A stretch of 64,000 bases of DNA, from positions 15,812 to 79,811 of the forward strand of contig JAIYAX010000026.1 in NCBI GenBank assembly GCA_027488815.1. The letters run 5' to 3'. The notes under the pieces were generated by a model that was given only the letters and a program-made list of their open reading frames with translations, was not told where the DNA came from and made no database searches. Made by a program: the position numbers and the translations under genes. Positions within the stretch are counted from its first letter, which is position 1. Each line of letters starts with the position of its first letter. Below are positions 39,412 to 48,845 of the stretch, one piece after another. The DNA comes from Cytophagaceae bacterium (GTDB taxonomy: Bacteria; Bacteroidota; Bacteroidia; Cytophagales; JAIYAX01).

Positions 39412-40151
39412 GTCTTGGGTCTTCGTAAAATGTCCATGAGAATTGCCCCGGCCATGGCCGCATTCAGCGAATCAGCCTGTCCAAAGCGGGGGATCGTTAC
39501 CGGGTGGCTCAGGTAGGGGAGTAAATCTGGCCTTATCCCATGAGATTCATTTCCAATCACCAGGCAGCCATGTTGAACAGCGGGTTGTTGATGAGCATTT
39601 TTACCCTCCATGACAGCGCCTATGACCGGTATGCTACATTTGGAAAGAACCGATTTCAAATCTTCATAAACTACCGGTATGCGAATAAAGGAACCCTTGC
39701 TTGCTGCAACCACTTTGGGGTTAAAGCAGTCGACCGTATCAGCACTACAGATCACTTGCTCAAATCCGTACCAATCCGCCAATCGTATCAATGTGCCCAG
39801 ATTTCCGGGGTCATTAATTCCATCAAGTACCAAATGCAGCCCTTTGTCAACAGGTATTAGCGGATGAGTTGGCATCACAACCACCGCCAATGCCATATCA
39901 TTCTGCTGATAAGTACCCATTTTTGCAAGCTCATCCAAACTGGCAGAGAGCAGATTAGTGTCAAGATCAATCAATAACTCCTTGTGCTTCAGCGCAAATG
40001 CACCTGTCACATATAGACTTTCCAATTCCATGCCCGATTGAATCAGCTCTACCACTGCTTTCTCCCCCTCTACAATGAATAGACCGGTTTCAAGGCGGTT
40101 TTTCTTATTTTGCAAAGATTTAACGGCTTTTATCCGGTTGGCACCTACCAT
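39408..40151 (-). CDS. TrmH/SpoU-family RNA 2'-O-methyltransferase
   Basis: 247 aa with SPOUT motifs (NDPGNLGTLIRLADWYG, IGNESHGI, SLNAAMAGAILM). Confidence 0.88.
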   Translation of the reverse strand: MVGANRIKAVKSLQNKKNRLETGLFIVEGEKAVVELIQSGMELESLYVTGAFALKHKELLIDLDTNLLSASLDELAKMGTYQQNDMALAVVVMPTHPLIPVDKGLHLVLDGINDPGNLGTLIRLADWYGFEQVICSADTVDCFNPKVVAASKGSFIRIPVVYEDLKSVLSKCSIPVIGAVMEGKNAHQQPAVQHGCLVIGNESHGIRPDLLPYLSHPVTIPRFGQADSLNAAMAGAILMDILRRPKT

Positions 40152-42618
40152 ATCTTCCTTTCATTTTTCACGGGGGCAAGTTTATCTATTTTTAGTGGCA
40201 TTCATTTTTTTATTGGGCTCGTGTGCTCGTATTTCAAAGCGCATTGACCCTGATAAACGATTGCTCAGAAGCCAAAAGATAAGCGGTGCAAAAGTTTTAT
40301 CGCCGGAAGTTTATAGGGAAGTACTGGATGAGCAGCCTAACCGTAGAATTTTTGGAACCACGCCCTATCTATCGGCCTATTTAAGCGGAAAAAAAAGGTT
40401 TAAACCTGACGCTGTTGCCCGTAAAAAAGCGGAAGTCTTAAGCCGATATGACCAGAAAATCAGTCTGGAAACCGACAGCTTAAAAAGGCGTAGTCTTGAA
40501 AATCAAAAAATCAGTAAAGCTGATCACTATGACATGGTCCTCAGAGAAGGAAACACCTTAATGAGGGTAATAGGTGAGCCACCGGTATACCTGGATACCC
40601 TAAAAGCCGAGGCTAACCGAATGAGAATTCTGAACAAAGCTTACCGCAAAGGACTTTTTCATGCCCAAGCAAAAACCAGCACAACTTCAATTGGAAAAAG
40701 TTGGGTGAAGGTAAAATACCAAATCGATGAAGGAAGGCGTTCGGTGGTAGATGCGATCGTTTTCGAAAGTGGGCAGGCTAGCTTGGATAGTGTTTTGTTA
40801 TCTCTTAAGTCTGGACTAGCCTTACAGCAAGGCATGTTTTACGATGAGGACTTACTTCTTGCTGACAGAGACTATATCGAAAAGACTTTGAAAAATTCGG
40901 GCTATTTCAGGTTTAGAAAGCAATACATCAAGGTTACCTTAGACACCTTCAACACAGAACCCTTTTTACTGGATATTTATTACCGCATCGAAACTCCCGA
41001 TCAGGATAGCCTTCACAGAAAATTTGACATCAGGAATGTATACTTCACTACTGATTTTGATCCCCAACGCCCTGCTTTACGTCGAACTATAAAACAGGAG
41101 TCTGGAATTCTTTACCAATATGAGAAAAGAAGGTATTCAGAAAAGCTGTTGAGTACCAAAGTACCTATCAGACCCGGGCAACTTTACAGTTTAGACCGTG
41201 TGCAAGCCACACAACGAAACTTGAATAATCTGGATGCATTTAGGTTTGTCAATGTGTTTTACAACGATACCGCTTCCCAAGGCCTCCTCAGCTACATCCA
41301 AACCTCCTCTTTGCCCAGATTTGAGACTTCAGAAGAGGTTGGAATCGGCGTGAGCCAGGGCTTGCCCGGTCCATTTGGTTCACTGGGTTTCAAAGCCCGA
41401 AACCTGTTCAGGGGCTTCGAAGTATTGGACATGAACATCAGGGCATCAGTCGAAGGTCAGGCTGCGTTTACCAGCGATTTACAGAGCTATGCAAACTATT
41501 CTACTGAGGTTATCGGCACATTGGGGCTTACCTTTCCTCACCTTGTTTTACCTGGTCCTTTGCGGTATAAGTTAAGTAGGTACAATGCCAAAACGAGGAT
41601 GTTGGTGTCATATAATTACAACATCCGTCCTGAGTTTCAGCGCTCAAACCTTAAAGCTGCGATGGTGTACACCATACAGCCGACTCCAAGATCGGTACTC
41701 AATTTTTCTATTCTGGATCTCACTCTGGTAAATACCACCCGGAAAACAGAAGCTTTCAGGGACTTTCTCGATACACTTCAAGAGCGTGGCAACCCTTTGA
41801 TATTCAGTTTTAACAGGTCGATTATTTCAAGTATCAAACTGGATTTTGTTTACAATACCTTCAACCCTATGCTGTACCGCAAAGGAGTATATGTTCGGGT
41901 ATTTGCAGAGTCAGGAGGAACGATGCTCAACTTGCTTAGTGATGAGTTTTTGAGTTCCAACGACACCATTTTCGGATTGGAATTTTATAGGTTTTACAAA
42001 CTTCAGGCAGATGCAAGGTATTACCAACCCATTACCCGAAGTTCTCTTTTGGCCATGCGTATCTGTGGTGGCTATGCTTCACCATATGGGCAAGATCGAC
42101 TATTGGCCGATGGAACAGTAAGGCCTAATGTACTGCCCTATGAGAAGTTCTTTTTCACTGGTGGAAGTGCCAGTAACCGGGCTTGGAGGCCTAGGAGGCT
42201 TGGCCCAGGAGGCTTCACTCCTGAGCAGCTTTCTGATGGCTCCTTTAATTACAATTTTGAGCAACCGGGAGAGGTACTTCTTGAAGCCAATGCCGAGCTG
42301 AGAGTTAAGGTGTTTCGGCTGATTGCATTGGCATTTTTTGTAGATGCCTCCAATGTGTGGATGATCAGAGCAGACCGCAGCAGACCCAGAGCCAGGTTTC
42401 AGCCAGACTTATTCTTAGATCAAATGGCGATAGGTGCCGGATTGGGCTTGCGACTGGACTTTTCCTTCCTGCTCTTCAGGATCGATATCGGAACCAAAGT
42501 GAAAGACCCTGCTCTACCAGCTGGGGAGCGATGGATTGGAGATCAGGTAAATTGGCGTAGGCCTTTTGGAGTAAGAGGCCAAAGCAATGTGAACATTGGA
42601 ATTGGTTATCCTTTTTGA
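40075..42618 (+). CDS. BamA/TamA-family (surface antigen D15) outer-membrane protein
   Basis: 847-aa ORF with a C-terminal beta-barrel ending NIGIGYPF and the lipobox-like LLGSC at residues 46-50. The only in-frame ATG (40075) overlaps the divergent trmH-like gene by 77 nt. A TTG at 40138 would give a more normal 29-aa signal peptide. Confidence 0.78.
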   Translation: MNRPVSRRFFLFCKDLTAFIRLAPTISSFHFSRGQVYLFLVAFIFLLGSCARISKRIDPDKRLLRSQKISGAKVLSPEVYREVLDEQPNRRIFGTTPYLSAYLSGKKRFKPDAVARKKAEVLSRYDQKISLETDSLKRRSLENQKISKADHYDMVLREGNTLMRVIGEPPVYLDTLKAEANRMRILNKAYRKGLFHAQAKTSTTSIGKSWVKVKYQIDEGRRSVVDAIVFESGQASLDSVLLSLKSGLALQQGMFYDEDLLLADRDYIEKTLKNSGYFRFRKQYIKVTLDTFNTEPFLLDIYYRIETPDQDSLHRKFDIRNVYFTTDFDPQRPALRRTIKQESGILYQYEKRRYSEKLLSTKVPIRPGQLYSLDRVQATQRNLNNLDAFRFVNVFYNDTASQGLLSYIQTSSLPRFETSEEVGIGVSQGLPGPFGSLGFKARNLFRGFEVLDMNIRASVEGQAAFTSDLQSYANYSTEVIGTLGLTFPHLVLPGPLRYKLSRYNAKTRMLVSYNYNIRPEFQRSNLKAAMVYTIQPTPRSVLNFSILDLTLVNTTRKTEAFRDFLDTLQERGNPLIFSFNRSIISSIKLDFVYNTFNPMLYRKGVYVRVFAESGGTMLNLLSDEFLSSNDTIFGLEFYRFYKLQADARYYQPITRSSLLAMRICGGYASPYGQDRLLADGTVRPNVLPYEKFFFTGGSASNRAWRPRRLGPGGFTPEQLSDGSFNYNFEQPGEVLLEANAELRVKVFRLIALAFFVDASNVWMIRADRSRPRARFQPDLFLDQMAIGAGLGLRLDFSFLLFRIDIGTKVKDPALPAGERWIGDQVNWRRPFGVRGQSNVNIGIGYPF

Positions 42619-42623
42619 GAAGA

Positions 42624-44726
42624 TCAATACCTGATCAGATCTTCCAGCTTTGCCCTCACTCCTTCAACCCCGGGCAACATGGCTTTTTCAAGTTCGCTGT
42701 TTAATGGTACAGCTGGTAATGGCAATGATCCAACACACATCACAGGCGCATCCAGCACTTGAAAACATTGTGCAGAAATACGACCAGCTAGTGATTCGGC
42801 AAAACTGTTAAGCAATGGTTCTTCGGTCACCATCAGCAATTTACCATGTCGATGAGCCAAAGCAATTATACCATCCCAATCTATTGGATTAAGACTTCTC
42901 AAATCAAAAATTTCCACCTGACCAGGGAAGCTTTTTGAAGCGGCTTTGGACCAATAAACACCCATCCCGTACGTCACAATTCCAACGCTTTCGCCTTCTT
43001 TTACCTTTGTATCTTCCGCTGTTTGTACGCTTCTGCCTTTGCCTAAAGGAATCACATACCCACTTTGTGGCTCCAGGGTTTTGGCATCTTCTGTTCCAGA
43101 AACTTTGGACCAATAAAGACCTTTATGTTCAAGCATAACCACCGGGTTAGGGTCAAGAAATGAAGCACGCATCAGCCCTTTCATGTCAGCCGCATTACTT
43201 GGATACACAACCTTAATTCCCCTGATGGTACATAAAGCCGACTCTATACTGCCTGAATGGTATGGTCCTCCGCTGCCATAAGCACCAATGGGGACTCTGA
43301 TTAAGGCTTGAATCGGGAATTTTCCCATAGACAAGTAGCAGGATTTTGATAGCTCGGTGACCAATTGATTGATGCCCGGCCATATATAATCTGCAAACTG
43401 GATTTCAACAATAGGCTTACATCCAACAGCAGTCATGCCGGCTGTGGATCCGATGATGTAAGCCTCTTGAATAGGAGTATTGAATACCCTATGGTCACCG
43501 TATTTTTTCGCAAGCAATGCTGCTTCTCTAAAGACACCTCCCAATTCCCCTCCAACATCCTGACCATAAAACAAGGCCTCTGGAAACTCCTTTAATAAAT
43601 CATCAACAGCATGCAAAGCAGCATCCACCATGATCACTTTTTCAGCTCCTACCGGCTCTCGCTCCCCGCTTTCTTTAGTGACGGCTGCTGGCGCAAATTC
43701 ATATAAAACAACTGACTCAGGGGCTGGATCAGCAGAGGCATGAGCCTCCCAAAAACTGTTTTTCACGAGATTTTTTGCCTCTTCAGCAATGGACTGCAAC
43801 TCTGCTTCTCTGACTTCCCTCTCGATCAGTTTCTTTTCAAGTTTAGGTAAAGGGTCGTCATTTAAATGTTTTTTAAGGTCTTCCTCTCCACGGTACCATT
43901 CCTTTCTGACACCGGAGGTGTGGTGACCCAATAAAGGGCATCTTGCATGTACTACTACTGGTCCTCGACGGTCACGACAATAGCTGAATACCTCGTTCAT
44001 CCTAAGGTAAGAGTCGATAAAATCGGAGCCATCGACTCTGATTCTTGCCATTCCCTTAAAGCCTGCTGCATATTCGTAGGCATCCATTGCCCGCATTTCT
44101 TTGCCTGTAGCAGAGATACCCCACTCATTATCCTGCACCAAAAACACGATCGGCATGGACTTCAAAACGGCCATTTGAAAGGCCTCAGCGACTTCGCCTT
44201 CGGTTACTGATCCATCACCCAAAGAGCATAGAACGATAGGCTTTTCTTTACTGTTTGTTAGCAATCCGGTTTGTTCAAGATAGGTAATGCCATGTGCCAT
44301 TCCTGTGGCAGGGATTGCTTGCATACCTGTTGCAGAGCTTTGGTGTGGGATCAGAGGGAAACCTTCTCTTCTTACCGATGGATGACCATAGTAGGTTCTC
44401 CCTCCAGAAAAAGGATCATCGGCTTTGGCCATAAGTTGAAGCATAAGCTCAAATGGCTTAAAACCTAGCCCCAATAAGAATGACTCATCACGGTAATATA
44501 AGGAGGCAAAATCACTGGCTTTGATCTGTAATGCAGCAGCCAATTGAATGGCCTCATGGCCTCTGCTTGTACTGTGCACATATTTGCTGGAAATCACCTT
44601 TTCTTCATCATACAACTTCGCCATTTCCCTTGCAGTATGCATGAGGCGATATGCTTTCTGCAAGATTTCTGTATCTACCGTACTGATATTTCTATAGCTA
44701 CGTTTTTCTTTAGGGGCTGCATTCAT
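42624..44726 (-). CDS. 2-oxoacid (branched-chain type) dehydrogenase E1 component, fused alpha/beta subunits
   Basis: 700 aa. The N-terminal half is a TPP-binding E1-alpha type (GDGSVTEGE), and the C-terminal half is a transketolase-like E1-beta type (FNTPIQEAYIIG). Confidence 0.9.
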   Translation of the reverse strand: MNAAPKEKRSYRNISTVDTEILQKAYRLMHTAREMAKLYDEEKVISSKYVHSTSRGHEAIQLAAALQIKASDFASLYYRDESFLLGLGFKPFELMLQLMAKADDPFSGGRTYYGHPSVRREGFPLIPHQSSATGMQAIPATGMAHGITYLEQTGLLTNSKEKPIVLCSLGDGSVTEGEVAEAFQMAVLKSMPIVFLVQDNEWGISATGKEMRAMDAYEYAAGFKGMARIRVDGSDFIDSYLRMNEVFSYCRDRRGPVVVHARCPLLGHHTSGVRKEWYRGEEDLKKHLNDDPLPKLEKKLIEREVREAELQSIAEEAKNLVKNSFWEAHASADPAPESVVLYEFAPAAVTKESGEREPVGAEKVIMVDAALHAVDDLLKEFPEALFYGQDVGGELGGVFREAALLAKKYGDHRVFNTPIQEAYIIGSTAGMTAVGCKPIVEIQFADYIWPGINQLVTELSKSCYLSMGKFPIQALIRVPIGAYGSGGPYHSGSIESALCTIRGIKVVYPSNAADMKGLMRASFLDPNPVVMLEHKGLYWSKVSGTEDAKTLEPQSGYVIPLGKGRSVQTAEDTKVKEGESVGIVTYGMGVYWSKAASKSFPGQVEIFDLRSLNPIDWDGIIALAHRHGKLLMVTEEPLLNSFAESLAGRISAQCFQVLDAPVMCVGSLPLPAVPLNSELEKAMLPGVEGVRAKLEDLIRY

Positions 44727-44736
44727 GTGATAGATT

Positions 44737-45339
44737 TCACATTAAAGTTTTGTAATGGAGGAAATATTGAGCCATGTATTTTCCCAGAATGTCGAATTCA
44801 AGGTTTACATAGTCTCCCTTTTTAAGAGTAGAAAAATTGGTGTGTCCGTATGTATAAGGGATAATCGCCACTGAAAAACGCTGTGGGTTGCTATCAACCA
44901 CTGTGAGGCTTACACCATTCACACAGATGCTTCCTTTTGGTACTGTGATGTGTTTGATCAGTTCCGGATAACTAAAGGCAAACAGCCAGCTTTCTCCAAA
45001 TTGATCAGCCTGCTCACATAGACCCATTCCATCCACATGGCCTTGAACCAGGTGCCCATCAATTCTGGCACCAAGCACCATGCTGCGCTCCAAGTTTACA
45101 AGATCACCAGGTTTAAGCTGACCTAAATTAGATTTTTGTAAGGTTTCAGGAATGGCTGTGACCTTGTATTTTAATCCATTTATTTCTTCAACTGTAAGGC
45201 ATACACCATTGTGAGCCACACTTTGATCTACTTTAAGTTCCGGACTTAAGCAGCTTTCTATCCAAAAGGAAATATTCCCAGAGCTTGACCTGTCTGCTGA
45301 TTGAACAGTACCTAATGTTTCGATAATGCCTGTAAACAC
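44737..45339 (-). CDS. ribE: Riboflavin synthase
   Basis: 200 aa with N-terminal MFTGIIE and two lumazine-binding repeats (GVCLTV / GVSLTV). Confidence 0.93.
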   Translation of the reverse strand: MFTGIIETLGTVQSADRSSSGNISFWIESCLSPELKVDQSVAHNGVCLTVEEINGLKYKVTAIPETLQKSNLGQLKPGDLVNLERSMVLGARIDGHLVQGHVDGMGLCEQADQFGESWLFAFSYPELIKHITVPKGSICVNGVSLTVVDSNPQRFSVAIIPYTYGHTNFSTLKKGDYVNLEFDILGKYMAQYFLHYKTLM

Positions 45340-45348
45340 GCCGGGAAT

Positions 45349-46218
45349 TTAGTCGTTGAACAAAAGCCTCATGTTATCAAGATAGATGGTGGCGGTTTGA
45401 TTGGCTGGTTTTACTGCTCTGATATAGATCCGGTATTTGCCATTTACCACAGCCCCTACTTCTTCAGTTAGGTTTACATAGATCTTTTTCCATGTGGTAG
45501 AGGGCAAAAGTGTCAAATCAGAAAAATCATTCACCCTCCCGAATGAACTTGCATAAAGTCCTATCCTAAGGGGAAGATTGCTTTTAAAAGAAAGCTCGAG
45601 ATAGACAGCCCTACCTGAAATGATGGTTCGTTCACTCACATCTGTTAACTCTATTCTTACAGCAGTACTGCTGTCAGAAAATACTTTTCCAGCAAAATTA
45701 CCTCCGGATAGCGGAATTAGATCCTCCGATGATCTGCTAAGGCTAAACCGGCCACTGTCGCTCCCTGATTTAACTAATTCCAGCAGGGTTTCATTTTCAA
45801 AATCAGCATAAAAGGTATTGCTTTTACTAACGATACTGCTTGTAAATCGAAAGATAGGCGTAACTTTTACTGTTTTTCCAGGAATTAGATTTACCGATAA
45901 CATCGGACTTCTGTAAAATGGATATGCCACACGAAGCGACCGTATGCCATCAGTTACCACTCCTGCATCAATAGTCATATTGACGGCACCTGAGTTAAGC
46001 ACAGGTATCCGGGCAGGCAAGGGGAAAACACCATTAAACTCAATACCGTTATACACCCAAACGTCAAGAATCTCTTGTTGAGAAAAACCTCCAAAACCGG
46101 CACTATCAAACCGTACAGAGTCTATCTCTACAAACGCAGGTATCTTCTCGACAGGATTAATCAATTGACAGGCAGTAGTCGATAAGAATATAACAAGAAT
46201 CCCAATAGCCCTCCTCAT
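45349..46218 (-). CDS. Hypothetical lipoprotein
   Basis: 289 aa with an N-terminal MRRAIGILVIFLSTTAC lipobox and beta-rich sequence. I recognise no motif. Confidence 0.5.
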   Translation of the reverse strand: MRRAIGILVIFLSTTACQLINPVEKIPAFVEIDSVRFDSAGFGGFSQQEILDVWVYNGIEFNGVFPLPARIPVLNSGAVNMTIDAGVVTDGIRSLRVAYPFYRSPMLSVNLIPGKTVKVTPIFRFTSSIVSKSNTFYADFENETLLELVKSGSDSGRFSLSRSSEDLIPLSGGNFAGKVFSDSSTAVRIELTDVSERTIISGRAVYLELSFKSNLPLRIGLYASSFGRVNDFSDLTLLPSTTWKKIYVNLTEEVGAVVNGKYRIYIRAVKPANQTATIYLDNMRLLFND

Positions 46219-46271
46219 AGACGCAAATAAAGCATATTTTGCGCTTCAATCCGAAGGCAGCCCATCTATCC

Positions 46272-46919
46272 ATGATCGACGACTACAGGGCCAAAGGCCT
46301 GCGCAAGAAGCTGGTGCGCACTCTTCAAGAAAAGGGAATTAAAGATGAGGCCGTACTCAAAGCCATCCTGGATATTCCCCGCCACTTTTTTTTCGACGAT
46401 ATCTTCTTGGATCATGCCTATGAAGACAAGGCATTTCCCATAGGCAATGAACAAACTATTTCACAGCCCTATACAGTTGCCGTGCAAAGCTCGTTGTTGA
46501 GTATAAAACCCGGAGATAAAGTACTCGAGATTGGCACTGGCTCTGGGTATCAGGCAGCTATTTTGAGCAAGTTGGGGGCGGAAGTATATTCCGTTGAGGT
46601 GATCAAGCCGCTGTTCATGAAAGCACGTATGTTGCTAACAGATATGCGCTTACATGCAAAAATGTTTTTAGGAGATGGCTCTAAAGGCCTTCCAAATTTA
46701 GCACCCTTTGATAAGATCATCGTAACCGCAGGTGGTCCAAAAGTTCCGGAATTACTGATTGACCAACTCAAGACAGGAGGAATATTGGTGATCCCGGTTG
46801 GAGACAAGCAAGTACAAAGAATGCTTAGAATTATTAAAAAGTCTGACAAAGAGTTGATTACCGAAGATCATGGTACTTTTCGCTTTGTGCCATTGACGGG
46901 GGGGGATGGTTGGCGTTGA
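46272..46919 (+). CDS. pcm: Protein-L-isoaspartate O-methyltransferase
   Basis: The ORF track starts at TTG 46239; the ATG at 46272 (MIDDYRAKG) is more likely. It has a PIMT pattern with the SAM-binding motif VLEIGTGSGYQAA. Confidence 0.9.
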   Translation: MIDDYRAKGLRKKLVRTLQEKGIKDEAVLKAILDIPRHFFFDDIFLDHAYEDKAFPIGNEQTISQPYTVAVQSSLLSIKPGDKVLEIGTGSGYQAAILSKLGAEVYSVEVIKPLFMKARMLLTDMRLHAKMFLGDGSKGLPNLAPFDKIIVTAGGPKVPELLIDQLKTGGILVIPVGDKQVQRMLRIIKKSDKELITEDHGTFRFVPLTGGDGWR

Positions 46920-46942
46920 TTTGTTAACTCAGTCTATTTTAT

Positions 46943-46950
46943 TATTTTTG
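46943..46950 (+). promoter_or_regulatory. Candidate -7 promoter box (TATTTTTG)
   Basis: Perfect TAnnTTTG, 26 nt upstream of the 46976 ATG. Confidence 0.35.
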
Positions 46951-46975
46951 ACCCATTACAAACCAAGCAACAAAA

Positions 46976-47869
46976 ATGGCTGCCAGAAAACAGCTTGTAT
47001 TTCACTCTTTGAAGCATTCCTTAGCTATAGCATTGCTTTTGATGTTTGCAGGAATTGCTGGAGTACAAGCACAACCAGGTAAAAGGCTTAGAAATAACCC
47101 CTTGTATTCAGGTTACAACTCTATTGGAGAGCTATCTTATCATTTTGGGATAGGAGCCAGTCACTATTTTGGGGATGTGTCTTACGACTTTACACAATAT
47201 AGTAGAGTGCTTTACACCAGACCATATATGCAGTTCGGCCTTGCCTATCGATTTCATGAGCGATTTGCTGCACGTCTACAAACAGCCATCTTTCAGTTAA
47301 GAGGAGGAGATCAGCCGGAAACGCCAAATGCAGGAAGAGGTATCAACTTTACCTCAGAAAATACCGAAGTAACATTGCTCGGATTTTATGATATTATCCC
47401 ACAAAACAAGGGCACAAGGATCAAATTCAGCCCTTATCTAATGGCGGGTATCGGTTTCAATTATTTCCGAGTGCGTACTCAAGACAAACTTGGCAATTGG
47501 TATTCAGTTCGCTCACTGGAACTGGAAGGCATCGCCTATAGACCTATCACACCGGTATTCCCGATTGGTGGTGGAGTAAGGTACCGAATCAGGCGTGAAC
47601 TTTCGATTGGTATTGAAGCGTCTTACAGGTTTACGCTCACCGACTATTTGGATGGAGTGAGCTCAAGCTATGATGTAGGAAACGTAACCCCTGAGCTGAG
47701 AGAATTTATTGACAACAGCAATGAAGGCAGGAGAGTACTTACAGGTGGACAAAGAGGTAACAGCGGAAGCAGAGATGGCTATTTCTCCGGACAGGTGTTT
47801 GTTGAGATAAAGCCATTTAGAAAGACCCCGGCAACTAAAAAATACCGAAGCCGGAGAAGACCAAGATGA
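46976..47869 (+). CDS. Putative outer-membrane beta-barrel protein, unknown function
   Basis: 297 aa with a signal peptide (..GVQAQ), alternating aromatic/Gly [10 protein letters not shown] pattern and a basic C-terminal tail (KKYRSRRRPR). Confidence 0.55.
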   Translation: MAARKQLVFHSLKHSLAIALLLMFAGIAGVQAQPGKRLRNNPLYSGYNSIGELSYHFGIGASHYFGDVSYDFTQYSRVLYTRPYMQFGLAYRFHERFAARLQTAIFQLRGGDQPETPNAGRGINFTSENTEVTLLGFYDIIPQNKGTRIKFSPYLMAGIGFNYFRVRTQDKLGNWYSVRSLELEGIAYRPITPVFPIGGGVRYRIRRELSIGIEASYRFTLTDYLDGVSSSYDVGNVTPELREFIDNSNEGRRVLTGGQRGNSGSRDGYFSGQVFVEIKPFRKTPATKKYRSRRRPR

Positions 47870-47880
47870 TCATTCAATCG

Positions 47881-47902
47881 AGCCGGTAAAACGGCTTTTT
47901 TT
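47881..47902 (+). terminator. Possible intrinsic terminator
   Basis: Short stem AGCCG / CGGCT with loop GTAAAA, followed by TTTTTTT. It abuts the next start codon. Confidence 0.45.
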
Positions 47903-48418
47903 ATGCTAAAGAAATTTGCCAGGGAGTCTTATGCTTCCATGACAGAGTTTGTGCTACCAAACGATACCAATACCCTCAATAACTTAATGGGAGGGAGGCT
48001 TATGCACCTGATGGACATCGTTGCGGCCATTTCCGCTCAGCGGCATTCCAACTCTACTGTCGTGACTGCAAGTGTGGACAATGTCTCTTTTGCTACTCCC
48101 ATTAAACTGGGCAATGTGGTTACTCTGGAAGCTAAAGTGACCCGTTCCTTTCGGTCCTCTATGGAAGTAAGGATAACGGTATATGCAGAAGATATTCCGA
48201 ACCGCTACCGGTACAAGTCGAACGAAGCTTATTTCACTTTTGTTGCAATCTACCCTGATGGTAAACCAAGAGAAGTTCCGGAATTAGTTCCCGAGTCGGA
48301 GGAAGAGTTTAATTTGTATGCAAGCGCCCTCAGGCGTAGGCAGTTAAGGCTGGTGCTTGCAGGGCGAATGAAGCCAGAAGAGGCAACTGAATTAAGATCT
48401 CTTTTTCAAACTGTCTGA
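47903..48418 (+). CDS. Acyl-CoA thioesterase (hotdog fold)
   Basis: 171 aa with VLPNDTNTLNNLMGGRLMHLMD and VVTASVDNVSF, typical of YciA/BFIT-type thioesterases. Confidence 0.87.
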   Translation: MLKKFARESYASMTEFVLPNDTNTLNNLMGGRLMHLMDIVAAISAQRHSNSTVVTASVDNVSFATPIKLGNVVTLEAKVTRSFRSSMEVRITVYAEDIPNRYRYKSNEAYFTFVAIYPDGKPREVPELVPESEEEFNLYASALRRRQLRLVLAGRMKPEEATELRSLFQTV

Positions 48419-48795
48419 TGGAAAAATTGAATGATACAGCTGTACAACTATTGTTTAGCAAGAAACTTTATTTGATCGAATCCAAACTAAAGCCGGTTGT
48501 AGTGGTCGATCAAAACTACGAAGCAGATGCCCCTGAACGACTCTTTTTTGAACGATTAATCGCTTATCTCGGGCAAGGAGGCGGTTTCCGGGAGCTGATC
48601 AGTGTGGAGAGTGAAGAAGAGCTTGAACAGAAGTTTGCATCAGAAACATTGGTCTTATGCTTTTTACCAACAGCAACACAAGTGAAGGAGAAAAGACCCG
48701 GATTGGTGATTTGCCCACCTGCCTCCGTTATGCATCAAAACATTCCGCTCAAAAAAGAGTTGCAGAAATTGGTAGAACCCTACCGGAATAAATAA
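48418..48795 (+). CDS. Hypothetical protein
   Basis: 125 aa with its start overlapping the thioesterase stop (TGATG). I can assign no confident motif. Confidence 0.5.
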   Translation: MEKLNDTAVQLLFSKKLYLIESKLKPVVVVDQNYEADAPERLFFERLIAYLGQGGGFRELISVESEEELEQKFASETLVLCFLPTATQVKEKRPGLVICPPASVMHQNIPLKKELQKLVEPYRNK

Positions 48796-48799
48796 AAAA

Positions 48800-48820
48800 T
48801 ACCCCGACATGATCGGGGTA
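48800..48820. terminator. Bidirectional hairpin between convergent genes
   Basis: Stem TACCCCGA / TCGGGGTA with loop CATGA, flanked by an A-run upstream and CTTTC downstream. Confidence 0.6.
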
Positions 48821-48845
48821 CTTTCAATTCAAAAACTAAACGACA

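Noticed and set aside
48418-48795. The C-terminal stretch of the 125-aa hypothetical protein (PPASVMHQNIPLKKELQKLVEPY) vaguely recalls the C-terminus of DNA polymerase III psi (HolD).
   Set aside because: The similarity is a short, low-information pattern recalled from memory. It is not enough for any functional call without a profile search.
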